64,000 nucleotides of DNA from Cycas panzhihuaensis (taxonomy: Eukaryota > Plantae > Cycadophyta): positions 181,109,741-181,173,740 of the forward strand of contig CM041465.1 in NCBI GenBank assembly GCA_023213395.1. Direction: 5' to 3'. The translations under genes were made by a program, and so were the position numbers. Below, piece after piece: positions 47,515 to 60,500 of this stretch; within the stretch, counting starts at the first letter, position 1, and each line of letters opens with the position of its first letter. Below the pieces are notes generated by a model. The model worked only from the letters and a program-made list of their open reading frames with translations. It was not told the DNA's origin and searched no databases.

Positions 47515-50500
47515 TGTTATCAACAGAAGATACAAAATTACTTCCCTTCAAATTGATGATTTGACTCACCCCAAAATTGGGTTTATATGCTATACTTTCC
47601 ATCAGTTCCCACAGGATAGGAACCAAATGGTTGCAGCTCATCCTATGGTTGATATTAACTAGTTATCTAAAATCAGTTTACACAACTAATGATACTTTAC
47701 TTGCACATTTGATTGCCTGGTTAAATTACCAAATTAGTTAAGCATGATGACTTCCATATTGTAGATAAACCAAACTTTGTTATGGATAAACCGAATCAAC
47801 TTCAAAGAATAAACCAAAATGGTTGTTATGAATACAAATTGGCTAATGGTACCAATTGGCTAGATACCGATTACCAGTTCTTGTCATGGATAATCCAAAT
47901 TCACTAGAAACCGATTTCTGTATTGTGTGCAGCAATCCCTTGGATAACCGCTCTTTGTAGTTTGAAAATCAATATTCCTGTTGTTTAAACCATACCTTGA
48001 AAATTGGAAACCAGTCTTCTTTTGGTCTATAAACCGATTCCAATATGATAATCAACTTGGCCATTTAGGGCTGTACTTTTAACCCCTTACATCTCCCCAA
48101 TCATTAGTCTCCTAAGTGTACTTGCTCAAAGCACACTAAAACATTTCTTTTGAGGTTCATTCTGCCACTTCCCCCTCTTCAAATGAATTTTTTCAGTGTT
48201 TCTCTGTCGGGTGCTTTTCGGTTTCTAGTCCCATCCTGACATTTACCAAAATCCTATACTATTTTAAATAATCATGGTTTGAAGTTGCGGCTGCTTATTT
48301 TATCATGGTATTCAGCTTTCCTGGTCTCTCCCATTGATAATATGTTGTAAGTTTGCCCGCTTTTTTTTGTTGTCTGCTGCTTGAAATACAATTTCAATCT
48401 ACTATCATTAACCAATGTGGGCAACACTGTGACATCTTCATTGTTTAGCTGTACTGATCCATTGGGTCAAATTTTCTACATATACGGACCCAACCATCAC
48501 ATTTTTAGCTTCCCAAGATGTGCACGAAGCTTGCTATCATAGAGAAGAACCACATGTCCTTCATGGGAAATTAGAGATTTGAAATGGCAGTCATGCCATG
48601 CTTTCTTCTACAATTTCTTCAATACTATGCTCTATAGAGACTCTCTTCTTTTTTCCTCCAATCTTACGAGCTCATCTAGTCATTTATGTAAAGACTCATG
48701 TTCCCCCACTCAAATAGTTATGGTGGTTCCCAAACTTGGAACTTGATATTCAAAGAGAACAATTGCTTCTAACTCATAAACCAACCAAAATGGTGTTTGC
48801 CTTGTGGCTTGTTTATATGTACTGTAAAATACCCATAAAATGGAGTGCAACTTTTCCACCAAAGAAAATAGACCATTTTGGCAATTTTTCTATAATGCAT
48901 TCCCAATTATTTTGTTGGAGCTCTCAACTTGTCTGTTTTCCTCTTGGGTAATATGCAGTGGACATACGATGCCACCGATGGTGTATAACCTTACGAAGAA
49001 AATGACTCCTTAAAACACTGATTAATTCACTAAGGCAATCAACACACATAATGATGATCTTGTATAAAATCCTAATACTCAAGGCATCAACATTTCATAA
49101 TATGCATGCTTCAACTAATTTAGTTACATAATCAATGGTGACCAAGATGTAACATGCACTGGTTATTTGTGTAGTTGGTTTGATAGTTCCACAAAATCCA
49201 AACCACAATTTTTAGAGGGTGCAACAGATTAAATGGGGTTAAAAAGTTCTTTTTTAAAATTGCAAGTTTTAACCCATTTTCTACATCAACAAACATTATG
49301 GGCCACCATAATTTAGTGTACAAGATTTTATGTCCTCTGGCATCATTGACTACATGCCCTCCAATTGTTCCTTCGTGTACTTGCCTTAAAATTTGGGCTA
49401 CACTTCGTGCTTTGATACATAGCAAGGCAAAATATTACCCAACCCCTTCTTATATAAATTCCCTTGGTCTAATTATATGGGCTTTGTTAAAAACCAGCTT
49501 CACCATGCACTATTACCCATTCATCATGGCAAAACTCCTATGGCTAGGTATTTTGCAATTCCTGTGTACCATTCTAGAACAACATCAATGTGAAATAGTT
49601 TTGCATATGGAAAACCATCATTTATTCTAGTGGCCTCCTACCCATTTTAAATTCTTGGTAATTGATCTAGAATTATATGAATTTTTCCTAGCTAAGTGAT
49701 AATTTGGAATGAGGACTTTTGAAAAAACCACCACCATTTGCTTATTTGTCCTCGCAATAATAGCTTGTTAATTAGATACATTAAACCCGATGATTGACAT
49801 AAAAATTGAATAGAGTTGATAACAAATAGTGCTTGAATTTTTGTAGGGCATAGATCATGACTAATCTTTCCTCTTTCAGTTACCATATAGCTTTGTTCAA
49901 TTCTAGTTAATTTTTGGGTAGTGAAGTACCCTAGATGGTTGATCTTTACATCAAGAGGTTGAATCAATACACATCCACTAGCATGGAGAGATGCATCTGC
50001 ATGGTGGACATGGACCTTTCTTGACCACTAAAGATACTTAAGAATAGTTAGTGCATATGCCATCATCAATTTTGAATCGCCAAATGCCATTCGTTCACTA
50101 GTTTACCATGTCCATGGCATATCTTTCAAAGCAATCTTTCAAACGGTTATGAAATGCAAGCATAATTTTTAATGAATCCCCTATAATATCTTATGATACC
50201 TTGCTCAAGTGTAGTGGATATATGGTATACCCTATGATGACTTCTAGTTTTGTTGGATCAATTAATAATTAGTTAGTACTTTGTGACAATATAACTTAAT
50301 AACTTTATAAATAAGACTATGAAATTCCATTTTCAATTTAAGGCATAATCTTCTTCTTTGACATATTTCCAACATTTGTTGTAAGTTCTACAAATGATCA
50401 TCCAATATTTCCATATAATGTCCAATCATCTAAAAAACTTACTACTTTGCTCCCAATCATTTCTTTGAACATGTTTGATATTATCCCTTGGAAGGTAGCC

Positions 50501-51714
50501 AAGGCATTTGTTAACTAAAATGTCATCTCTTGATTTGCAAACATTCCACATCCTATTACAAGCATTCCTTTCAATTGATCATCTAATGCAATATTAACTT
50601 GGTTGTATCCACTCCAACTCTAAATGAGTATTCTGTGCATCCTATAAGCTTTTCTAGTATGCCTTCTATAAATAGTATCAAAAATAGATACATCCTTAGC
50701 TAATTTATTTAAGACATTGTAATTAACACACACACACTCTTTTCCCTTACAATAATCATGAGGTCTACCCATTCAATATTATCTACCTTCTAAGAATCCA
50801 ACTTGCAATGTTTCATCCAACTTGGCTTTAACTCAATCCTTTACCATAGGATTCATCTGGTGTGGGCATTGTCATATACATTTTATGCACTTCATTAGCT
50901 CAATTTTATGTAGCCCCAACTCTTATGGAATCCCTTTAGGATCATTCAAATGAATCTTTGTAGTCGATGAATAATGTTGAAGCCCTTCTAACCATATGTG
51001 CCCCAATCATCCATTGTGGTTATAATATGTGGTAGTTCTTCTATCTCTATATTTATTTGTCAAGTTTTCAATTCATCATAATACACTCTTGTTTTGTCTT
51101 CGTTTAAATTACGAGTAGGAACCTCATTAGTTCTTCTTTTTCCATATGATTGGTGAATTACGATGGAAAGCTTCTACTCTCCCCTGGATCACCATCCTCC
51201 GTGCATGTACTATTTGTTTCATCCTGCAGTTCAAGTTTAGTGTCATCTTCCCAATCAAAGCCTCTCAGTTGCAAGCACAGACAATTATATGTTTTCTCCT
51301 TCGGTATCCTTAAATTTTGTTAAAACAATGTTCACACTTTTAGCCTTCCCCTAGTAGTGAAATGTATGTAAGAAATTAGTCCATAATGTTTCCTAGTTTG
51401 TCGCTTGTTGTTTCATCTAATTTTCCACCTAAGTTCTTGCAATTTTAGCCATTATAGCTGCTAACAATTGCCCATAATTTTTTTCTGTGGACCTTATTTC
51501 CTTCATTCCATTTTACAAACTTAAGATGTTTCTTCAAGCCTTCACTATTAATGAAAAATACCAGTGGAATTTCCATTTCCCCATGGAATCACAATTTAGA
51601 ATATTTCCTTAAGGTCACCCACACATCACTATCTCACCTATGTGCTATGTATCAATAGCATGCAAGTTCGTTTAGTGTTAGAGGAAACAATGTTCTCTAG
51701 TTTTTACATTTGTG
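47515..51714 (-). mobile_element. Gypsy element M (old; PR-RT-RH-INT remnants, 3' LTR ~47515-48091)
   Basis: QVHEGTIGGH, LMYLINK, RT remnants at 50400-50950. PPT ggggaga + tgtaag at 48091. Cut at 51714 by K. Confidence 0.75.
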
Positions 51715-54515
51715 TGTTGAAAAATCATGTCGATTGCAACTTGAATTAAAGGCGACCAATTGGTTGCAATGTCGAGTGGAATGATGATGATTCCGGATGC
51801 AGTTATGTCAACCTCCTCGGCAATAACAATTCAAGCAATTGCAACAGAAGCAGCAAACGGTTGGAAGCAGTTGCAACCAACCATAAACCCGCAACTATTC
51901 TAGTACATTGGAATTATAGAATGACTTATGGAAATATAAATAATGTAATGGGTAGTTGTAAAATATATGCATGTGCATGAGTTAATTGTTGGAATCAGAG
52001 TACTAAGCATTGTGTGCCTGTACATATTGTAAATAAAGTCCTATTGTATTGCATCAGCTGCAACCTTATGCACTGTTCTGGGTTGCATTCAGTTGAGACA
52101 TGACCAGATGTGACCCATCATTAATACAATGATCATGGTTTGCGTTCACTTCGGTTGATCTTTGTGCTACTGTGCTATTCTAATTACAAGATTGTTATGT
52201 AGTAAATGTAGGCCAGCAAGCACACATTGGTTCTGTTGCTTTCTGAACAAGGGCAAAGGATGATGAAAGTTGTAATGGACAAAGCCTAGTAAGTCATCGG
52301 GTCCTCTTCCATGCCACCCAAGGTCAAAGTAGAATCACGTCGTGAACATAGAGAACGTTGGGATAAAGACAGACTCCAGACTGGAATGCCTAGGCCCAAA
52401 TTTGTATTGACGCCAAGGAAGCAGGTGAAGAGGCGGCCATCTGCAAACTCAAAGGAGAAGGGAAAGTCAAGAAACAAAGATGAATCAAGCAAACAAAAGA
52501 TGGGTGTGGAAGCAAACGAGAGGATTGTCAAAGAGTAGGCAGTGCAAAGTAAAGATGACCAAAGGTGTGCAGTGGAAGAGGAACCTATAGACAAGAAAGC
52601 AGTACAAATAGATTCAATCAAGGAAGACCATGTTGAGGGTGAAAGTTTGCAGCAAAGTTTGAAAGAAGAAGATTTCACTACAAAAGATACCTTGCAAGAG
52701 GAGGTATTGAATAAAGATTTTCCCCAAAGTGAAGATTGGTAACAGAACTTGGTCAGAGTACATATTTCAAAAAAAGTTCCAACATAGGAGGAAAATCTAA
52801 TTCAATTAGGAGTATACAACATAGCAGAACAAACCCAGAACCACCATTTAATGGAAATCAAAACTCTAAGTCACATAATGAGTCCCCTCTTTAAGCTACC
52901 ATTGGGAAGTCCAGGAAGTAGTACAGGAGAAGCACGAGGGATTCAAACACTGCCAAGAGGCACACAAAGTGGGATATTAGGTGGAACAAGCCAAGAAGGT
53001 ACGACACCTTATATCATTATGTAGAGCAACTCTACTTTTTCAACTCTACAATTTGATGGATCTATGGAACCAGGACATCATTTGGCTTTACTTAAAAATA
53101 TGATTCAAATTTAAAAAATTGTAGATCAAAATGAGATCAAAGCCTAGTTCTTTTCAACATTAAGAGGACCAACAGTTGCATGGTTCTAGTATGTAGTAGC
53201 CCAACAATTAGGTTGGGATCAATTGTAGGCTCAATTTTTGGATAGATTCCAAAAACTCGAGGATCCAACAGCCATATTACAGGCTTTGGAAGAAATTTGA
53301 CAATATCTCAGAGAGTCAGTAAATGACTTTAATGGAAGGATGCGAGTTATTATGAATAAAATACAATCTGTTATGGCAATAAATCCTATGTTTGCCATGA
53401 AGTATTTTGTGTAGGGATTCATATCGCAACTCAAAGACAAAGTAATGTTGCACCCAAAGAGCAATTATGAGCAGGTAAGAGAGTTAGCCTTAAAGTTTGA
53501 AGATCAAATGAAATCAGCTTACTCTCAAATGCCAACACAATCTTCAATACCATCAATATACTCTCCAATGATGGGTGCTGGAATACAATTCATACAAACA
53601 CAGCAAATGGGTACAAACCCAAAAATTGAGGCTTTGAAGAAGGAGGTTGAAGCATTGAAGCAACAGTCGCCAGTCTCTATTTTAACAAGTATGTAACAGA
53701 ATCAAAAAGTGGAGAAGCTACATGCAGAATTATAACATTTATGCATGGAGAAATCAAGAGAAAATATTTGGTGCCCCCCACCTTGTAATCAGCAAGGACA
53801 CTTGAAGAATGAACATAGTGAACTTTCAAAATGGTGTGAGAATTGCAAACGAAACAACCATAATACTCGGGAGCGTTTTTTCAGGCAAAAGCATAATGAA
53901 GGAGAAGTCCACAACGTATTCTTGCATAAGGCAAAATGAGGAGCGATAAAGCAATATAAAGGCAAAACAAAGCAAATTCATTGCTTTCTATATCAAAGAT
54001 GGGGGCATTACAAATTCAAATGCTCGGTAGAGAAAAAATGAGGAGAGTTTATTTGTGAAGAATGCAGACCGATAGATCATGAATGGGTAAATTGTCCAAA
54101 GAACGCTAAAGTGCAGAACGCCAATATGGTGGATGTTATTTTGGACAAAGAAGTACTAGCGTATCTACAAAAACATAACGGCAAAACAATAGGGCCTCCT
54201 CTTTAGGACAATTTTCCAAACCCAACAATAGAGAAGTATCAACTTTAGAAGATTCTTCAAGAGGCCATGGGCAAAGTCCAGCAAGAGCAAAAATTCAACG
54301 GCTAGCAATATAAAAGAAGAACGGTTCAAGGGCAGTCTGCACAAGAAGGTATGAATCCCTAGCAGCAGTTGCAAATAGTTAAGGATTTGCTTACTGAACT
54401 AGGAGTTTCAATTCCTATCTCTATCATCTTTAAGTGGTGGGAAGCTGGCTACTTCCAACAGTTAGTATTGCAGCAAATTGAGAAACCTGTGCTTAGTGCT
54501 ATCAAGGATAATGGG
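51715..54515 (+). mobile_element. Gypsy element K (5' LTR 51715-52226, PBS, gag), interrupted by L
   Basis: LTR tgttga...cacaca; PBS tggttctgttgc at 52228. MPPK... start as in J; FDGS..LRG..VAWF gag; degenerate zinc knuckles at 53770-54100. Confidence 0.78.
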
Positions 54516-57500
54516 TGTAGCATCCCAAACACCTTGTAATTTGGTCAAAACTATATCTTGTGACCATTTAATCAAAGGCCTTTGAACCACGATTCCAACA
54601 ATTCAAACGAAAGTCAATTCCGACATTTGTAGCAAAAGTTATGGCCATTTGAAGTTTTCAGCCTACCAGTCTTTTGGGGAAGTTATGGCTAACTTCTAAT
54701 CTTGGTTTTGGGCGGGTTTATACCCCTTTTCTGACCAACTTCTACTTATATCTTTTGGCCGCCTATTTAAGGAGGATTTGCAGCTTCATTTGGGCATCAT
54801 CAAAAGGAGTTTGGAATGCCATATCTTCGGCCCTTCGGGGAAGCTTTGTGGAGGGAACCTCACCTCAAAGAGGGATTTATTATCGACAATACTTGCGGGA
54901 TCATTTGATTGCAACAAGTGGTATCAGAGCCTCATTGGAAGCTATCCTAAGGAGAAATTTTGTCAATTCAACAAGAGAAATCAAGGAAAAAAAAGCAATT
55001 TTTTTGGTCGAAAAAGCTTCCACACAAGGGAAAACTAGCCTAGATTCTTCCCTAGAACAAAACTAAGATGAGGAAGAACCCTTAACAAAATGGTGAACCA
55101 ACCATCAAAAATAGTAGCAGATGTATCCCAACATGTTGATACACTCAACAACGAGATAACACGGATCAATGGCACTGTAAACAAGATTAAAAGGGATATT
55201 CATGAACTCATGACTAAACTCATGGGGAGACGAAAGGATCTAGGCCCATTTAGCCATCAAAAGTCAGAGGAAAGCACAGAAGAAGAAGAGGAAGTAGGGA
55301 GAGAAGACAAATTTCAGAGACAATTCAACAGAGGATCCCAAGAATACAGAGAACAAAGAGATTTTCAACAAAAGAATCAGAAGAGTTGGGAGCCAAATTC
55401 TGGCCTCACAGGAACAAAGTTTTCATTAGAAAAATTTGATCCAGACAGATCAAGGGATATCTGAAGTTGGATATTACAGATGGAGACCTACTTCCAAGTT
55501 TATGATATACCAAATAGAGAAAATGTTTTAACCACCTCATTTCACTTGTGTGAAAAGGCCCTCCAATGGTTCCACTGGTGGAAGAAGGTCCACACAAATA
55601 TTTCTATTGACCCCTAGGGTTCCCTCAAAGCAGGATTGATAAATCAATATGAAGACTCGTGGAACACAAATTACTTTGTTGACTTATAAATCTGCTCCTA
55701 TTGCAAATTCTCACTTGTCAAGGGTTTTCACTGTAGTCTAGGGTGTGTGCAGGTGGTCAACATACATATTCTTTAATTAATCATCCACATAAGTCCACAA
55801 TTCACATACATTCCACATGCATTCCACAATAGGTACACATACTTGTTCACGTAACTCTTGTATTACATTAGACAATAGTCAAAATTACATCAACTGGGGT
55901 CCATTCGGTCTTAATTGGTGAATTGTACCAGATCAGGAACCGTTGGAACTCACTAACTTGGCTTTCACATCCATTCCCACAATTGGATGTGCTTAAATAC
56001 ACTATGCATTCCTGTTTCAGAATGGTTGCGTCTACAGTCGCAACCGTTCCTTTTCTAGAATGGATGCATGTTCAACCCTTAACCATGATTCATTAGGCTC
56101 TTAATACATTCTCTAATATGTACAGTTGTCCATGTGTCTCATGTGTTCCGTCCATCGTTCCTTTGCTAGGCCAAAACCATTCCTTCTTCCATTCGGTGCG
56201 TCCCTGCATTCCTCGTCCATTCCTGCGTATAGCATGTGTTCCTATAATGGAATGCACTGTTTTCTGTGCATTGTTTCGTCCATTCCCTGTTCTGAATGCA
56301 TGCCAAATGGTAGCCCTGTAAAATACCCATAGTTTTCTCTGTTATTTGTCATGCATTCCCCCTAACAGATGCATGGGTGTCAATTATAACTGCAACATCT
56401 ATCCAAGGTCAACAAAAATGGTTGAGCATCTGTGCTCAATTTCAAAATTTTCAAAATTTTGTTTTTTTTCTCCTCTCCCCCTTTTTGCAATTAGGGTTGC
56501 TCCTGCAGTCCTGGTTGTCCTGTTGGCTCAGTGGCTCTTAACATGTCCTCGTTGATATGTGTTAAGGTGGCTATTATTGTGTCTTTCTCTTTAATTCTCT
56601 CTTGTAACTCCACTATTCGTGCCTTGTATCCTTCTTCCAATTCTTGCAATAGCTAAATAATCAGTGTACCCTTTTCACTTAAGGGCGTTTATGAGAAACC
56701 TTCCCCTAGTTCTGAAACTGTCTGTGGAAGCTCTGCTTCCCATTCCTTTGGTAGCTCCTCTATTTTTAATTGTTCTCTACTTCCTTTTGGGCCCCTTTTA
56801 GTTGCCTGCTTTTGCCGAAGTGGAAAAGAGGTCCCTGGCTTATGATGTACCCATTACTGCTTTGACCTGATGCTTCATTCCTGGGTACCACTTGGCATAA
56901 TATTAATCCATTTTTTATCATATGCTAATTTTCTTTGCCTAGTTACATTCCCAACTCGAGATGCAAGGTGTAATATTCTTTGACTTTTGTCTAGGTGTAT
57001 GATTTTTGTGAGTTACGGTTAGTTTTTTCTCTGTTTTTTAGTTTTTTGGTATTTTTTGTTTACATATCGAATTGAATCACATTTCGGTATCAAGGCAACC
57101 TTATTTGCCTTCAACTTAAAGCAACACATTATGGTACAACCAGTTGATTCCCTTGGTGGATTTGTCACTCCCTAGTTGTGATGGGGTTTGAGTTTATTGC
57201 CCTTGACCATTTCAAGCAGTAGTTGGCATGCTAGTTTCTTCAACTGGATAGTACCATTCTTGTACATCTTCTCAATCATATATGGGCCCTTCCAATGCAT
57301 CTTTAATTCTCCCTGGGGTGTTTGGGATTTGTTGTTGAATAGCCATACCCAATTACCTTTTTTGAAATACAATGTCTTGACATGGCAGTCTTACTTTGTC
57401 GTTTTTTGCCTTTTCCTTGGTGTGGTATGCTTTGTTGGTTTCTTCTTATGGTCCTTTAATTGATCTTCCCCTTTGCCATTATGACTTGTAGTATTGCGGC

Positions 57501-60500
57501 TCTCAAAATTGTTGTTATTATCCATGTAACTAAAAGAGAGTAAATTGCAACGAAAAGAAAAGGGTTGCATTTCATATGTGTCATCCATCCAAAATCGGAT
57601 CATATGATTGGTCTCGTTCTCGTCGGATGATGCTTCAGATGGTAATTCCCCATATACATTTGGTTCGTACTCCTGGGCGTTATTCATATGGCTAGTTTCC
57701 TTCGTCGTGTGGTATAGATTAGCTTCATCGAATGTAGAAGAAGTTTCTTGAGTGGCAATTATCGTACTGGATGTTGTATCTGGAATGACTTCTACCGTAT
57801 ATTTCCCTTTTTCCAACATAGGGAGGACAACTTTGTTTCCCCCATCTGTGAGGGTAAATGTTACATCCTTCCAGCTTTGTAAGCACTCAGTTTGATATAA
57901 CCACGGTCTCCCTAGTAGTGTTGGATAGGTAACCATGTCTTTTACAGTGTCCATGATCATAAAGTCAACTGGAAAGATGATACCGGCCACGTTCACTTGG
58001 ATATTTTCTAGTCGCCCCACTAGTTTGACTAGTAGTTCGTTAGCCAATTTTAATGAATAGTTAGTTGATGCTAATCGTGGACTCCCAAGTATTTTCCATG
58101 TTTGGGTTGGTAGGACATTCACTGTTGCTCCTCCATCCACAATGACATTTTTGAGATTGATTCCCAAAATGCTAATATCTACTAAGGGATCCAAATCACA
58201 AGATGGTTTGATTTTATTTAAACTTCTATAAGCTTCCTTTGGGTGTATTTTCCCTTCTTTGATCCATTCGATGACCTTCCCTAATAGGATGGTTAAATTT
58301 AGTCGATTCACCAGATCTTCCATTAGTAACAACTTTTGTAGGAATCCTTTCGTTTTCGGGTTCCCTTTTGGGTTTTCTTGCACTGTTGGTTCCTCTATTT
58401 TCTTATTCTTTTTTCTGTACACTTGTTTAACCTCTGGCTTCCCTAGGGGTAACGATTTGAGTCCTCCTTCCTGTGTGGGTTCTTCTAATGCTTTCTTCGT
58501 AGCGGCAAAGCGATCAATTTCTATCTTAAGGTTAGGATAATCATCTTCATTTCTTTGATTCTGTAAGTTAACATTTTTTGGAGATTCGGGTATGATTGTT
58601 ACTCCATTTAAGGCCTTCCCCTTACCTTTGCATTCTTCAGTAGTATGAGTGATCAAACCACAATTCTTGCATAAGTATGGGCACTCTTTTTGAATTTTTG
58701 CTATTGGACAATCTGACTTCTAGTGTCCATACTCCAAACATATCAAACATCTGCCCAACGAAGGTTTTTTTCTTGGGTTTTCTAATTGGGTTCGAGTTGT
58801 GTATATTGTACAAGTGTTCATACTATTTCTTCCTCGCCCTCTCCCCCGGGCATTGGAACCTCTGGTGTTAAAATAACAATCACATGTATTGTGTGTTCCT
58901 TGGTCGCAGATATAGCACCAAGTGTTTTGTTTTCGATTCCTTGCATTACATTCACATTCCTTGGTGGTATGGGTGCTTTCTTCACAAATATAGCACCATT
59001 TCTCTATCGGAGGTTCTTTTCCCTTATGTGTTTTGGAATCTTCTCTCAGATTGTCTTGTTGTAATTTTAGCCTAGTTACTTCTTTCCTTAAGGCTTCTAC
59101 CCCCATGCTTTCTTCTATTTTTGTCATTCGGAAGAGAGGTCTATTCAAATTCTGGGTTTTCAGCTCATTGATCTCCTCTTGTAATCTCATCACTAGAGGG
59201 TCATATGCTATCCTTTTCGTGTCTATCTCCTTTTTGAAATCCAACGCCAACAATTGTGAATGCTTGTATGATTTCAATGGTGGGATGCCATTGCATTCCT
59301 TAACTTAGTGTTTAATCCATTCACAAAAAAAGTGTGCATGCTTAAATCTGTAATTTCTTCATTGGTGGTCATGGCGGCAGCAATCATGTCTATTCTGTTG
59401 ATATAGGTCAGGACTGACTCTTCGGGTTATTGTTGGATTTCTCTCAATGTTAATTCAATAATATCATTGTTTTTATACTTTAGAAATCTTGTTTCAAACT
59501 CTTTTTTGATTTCACTCCATGATTTATTCTGGTCTAGTTGCTTGTACCATGCCAATGGTACGCCTCTTAGTGAGTATGTGAATCTTTCTTTGGTTTCACC
59601 TTCATCCATAATTTTCTCAAGGTTAATCAATCTTTGGAATAAATAGATATGTTCAGCAGCATCGATTGAGCCATCGAAGATGAGTTTCTCAAACTCCCTA
59701 TGATGCATCGTTGTAAGCTTCTCTTCCTCTTCTTTCTTTTGAGGTGGAACTGTTATCTTCTCTTCGAGGAACTTCTTATAAAGTCTCCTTGGTGACGTTT
59801 CTTCCCTACTATTCTCCTTCCCAAATAAAGGATTGCATATTAGTGATTTTAGTTGAATAATCCCTAATACTCCCAGTATTTCTGCTGCTACCAGAGCTGT
59901 TATTATATATGACTAATCTCTGTTTCCCTCTAATGGATCTTCAAAAAGTTGTTTGATCAAGTGGTTTTCCCAATATGCCTAGGGACCTTCCTCCGCCTTT
60001 TCCTTGTTACGACTCAGGTCCTTCGGAGTAGAGTCCAAGCTTTGTTCCGTTTCAAGATTATTTGTTTCTTCTTCCTCTCGTTTCATCTCCTTCCCTTCAT
60101 TATAATATGTTCTTGGAGCAGGTGTGATTGACATGGGCTCCCCTTGGCCTCTATTTTCTATTCCTCGTGGTGTCTGGGGCTCCACTTGCCTCGGATCCTT
60201 CTACTGACTCATTTTGGCCTTCGTTCTTTTTAATACTTAATCTCCTTGCTCTCCTTATTTTCTTTTCTCGAGACCATCTTAAGGCTCTCTGTCTGCTTGA
60301 TTCTGGTATCTCTGAAAGTTTTGCTTGTGACTCTTCCATCTTCGAAGGCCATTTAGGTGGCATTGGAAGGTCCCCCTGGCTGTCTAGGCTTAGTTAGAGA
60401 CTACCATCACTATGACAACCAGGGTGACTTGTTTTTTGCACATGAATATTTTGGTTTCTCTTCCCTCCGCTTAGTGGACTTAGGCAACGAAACCAATGTT

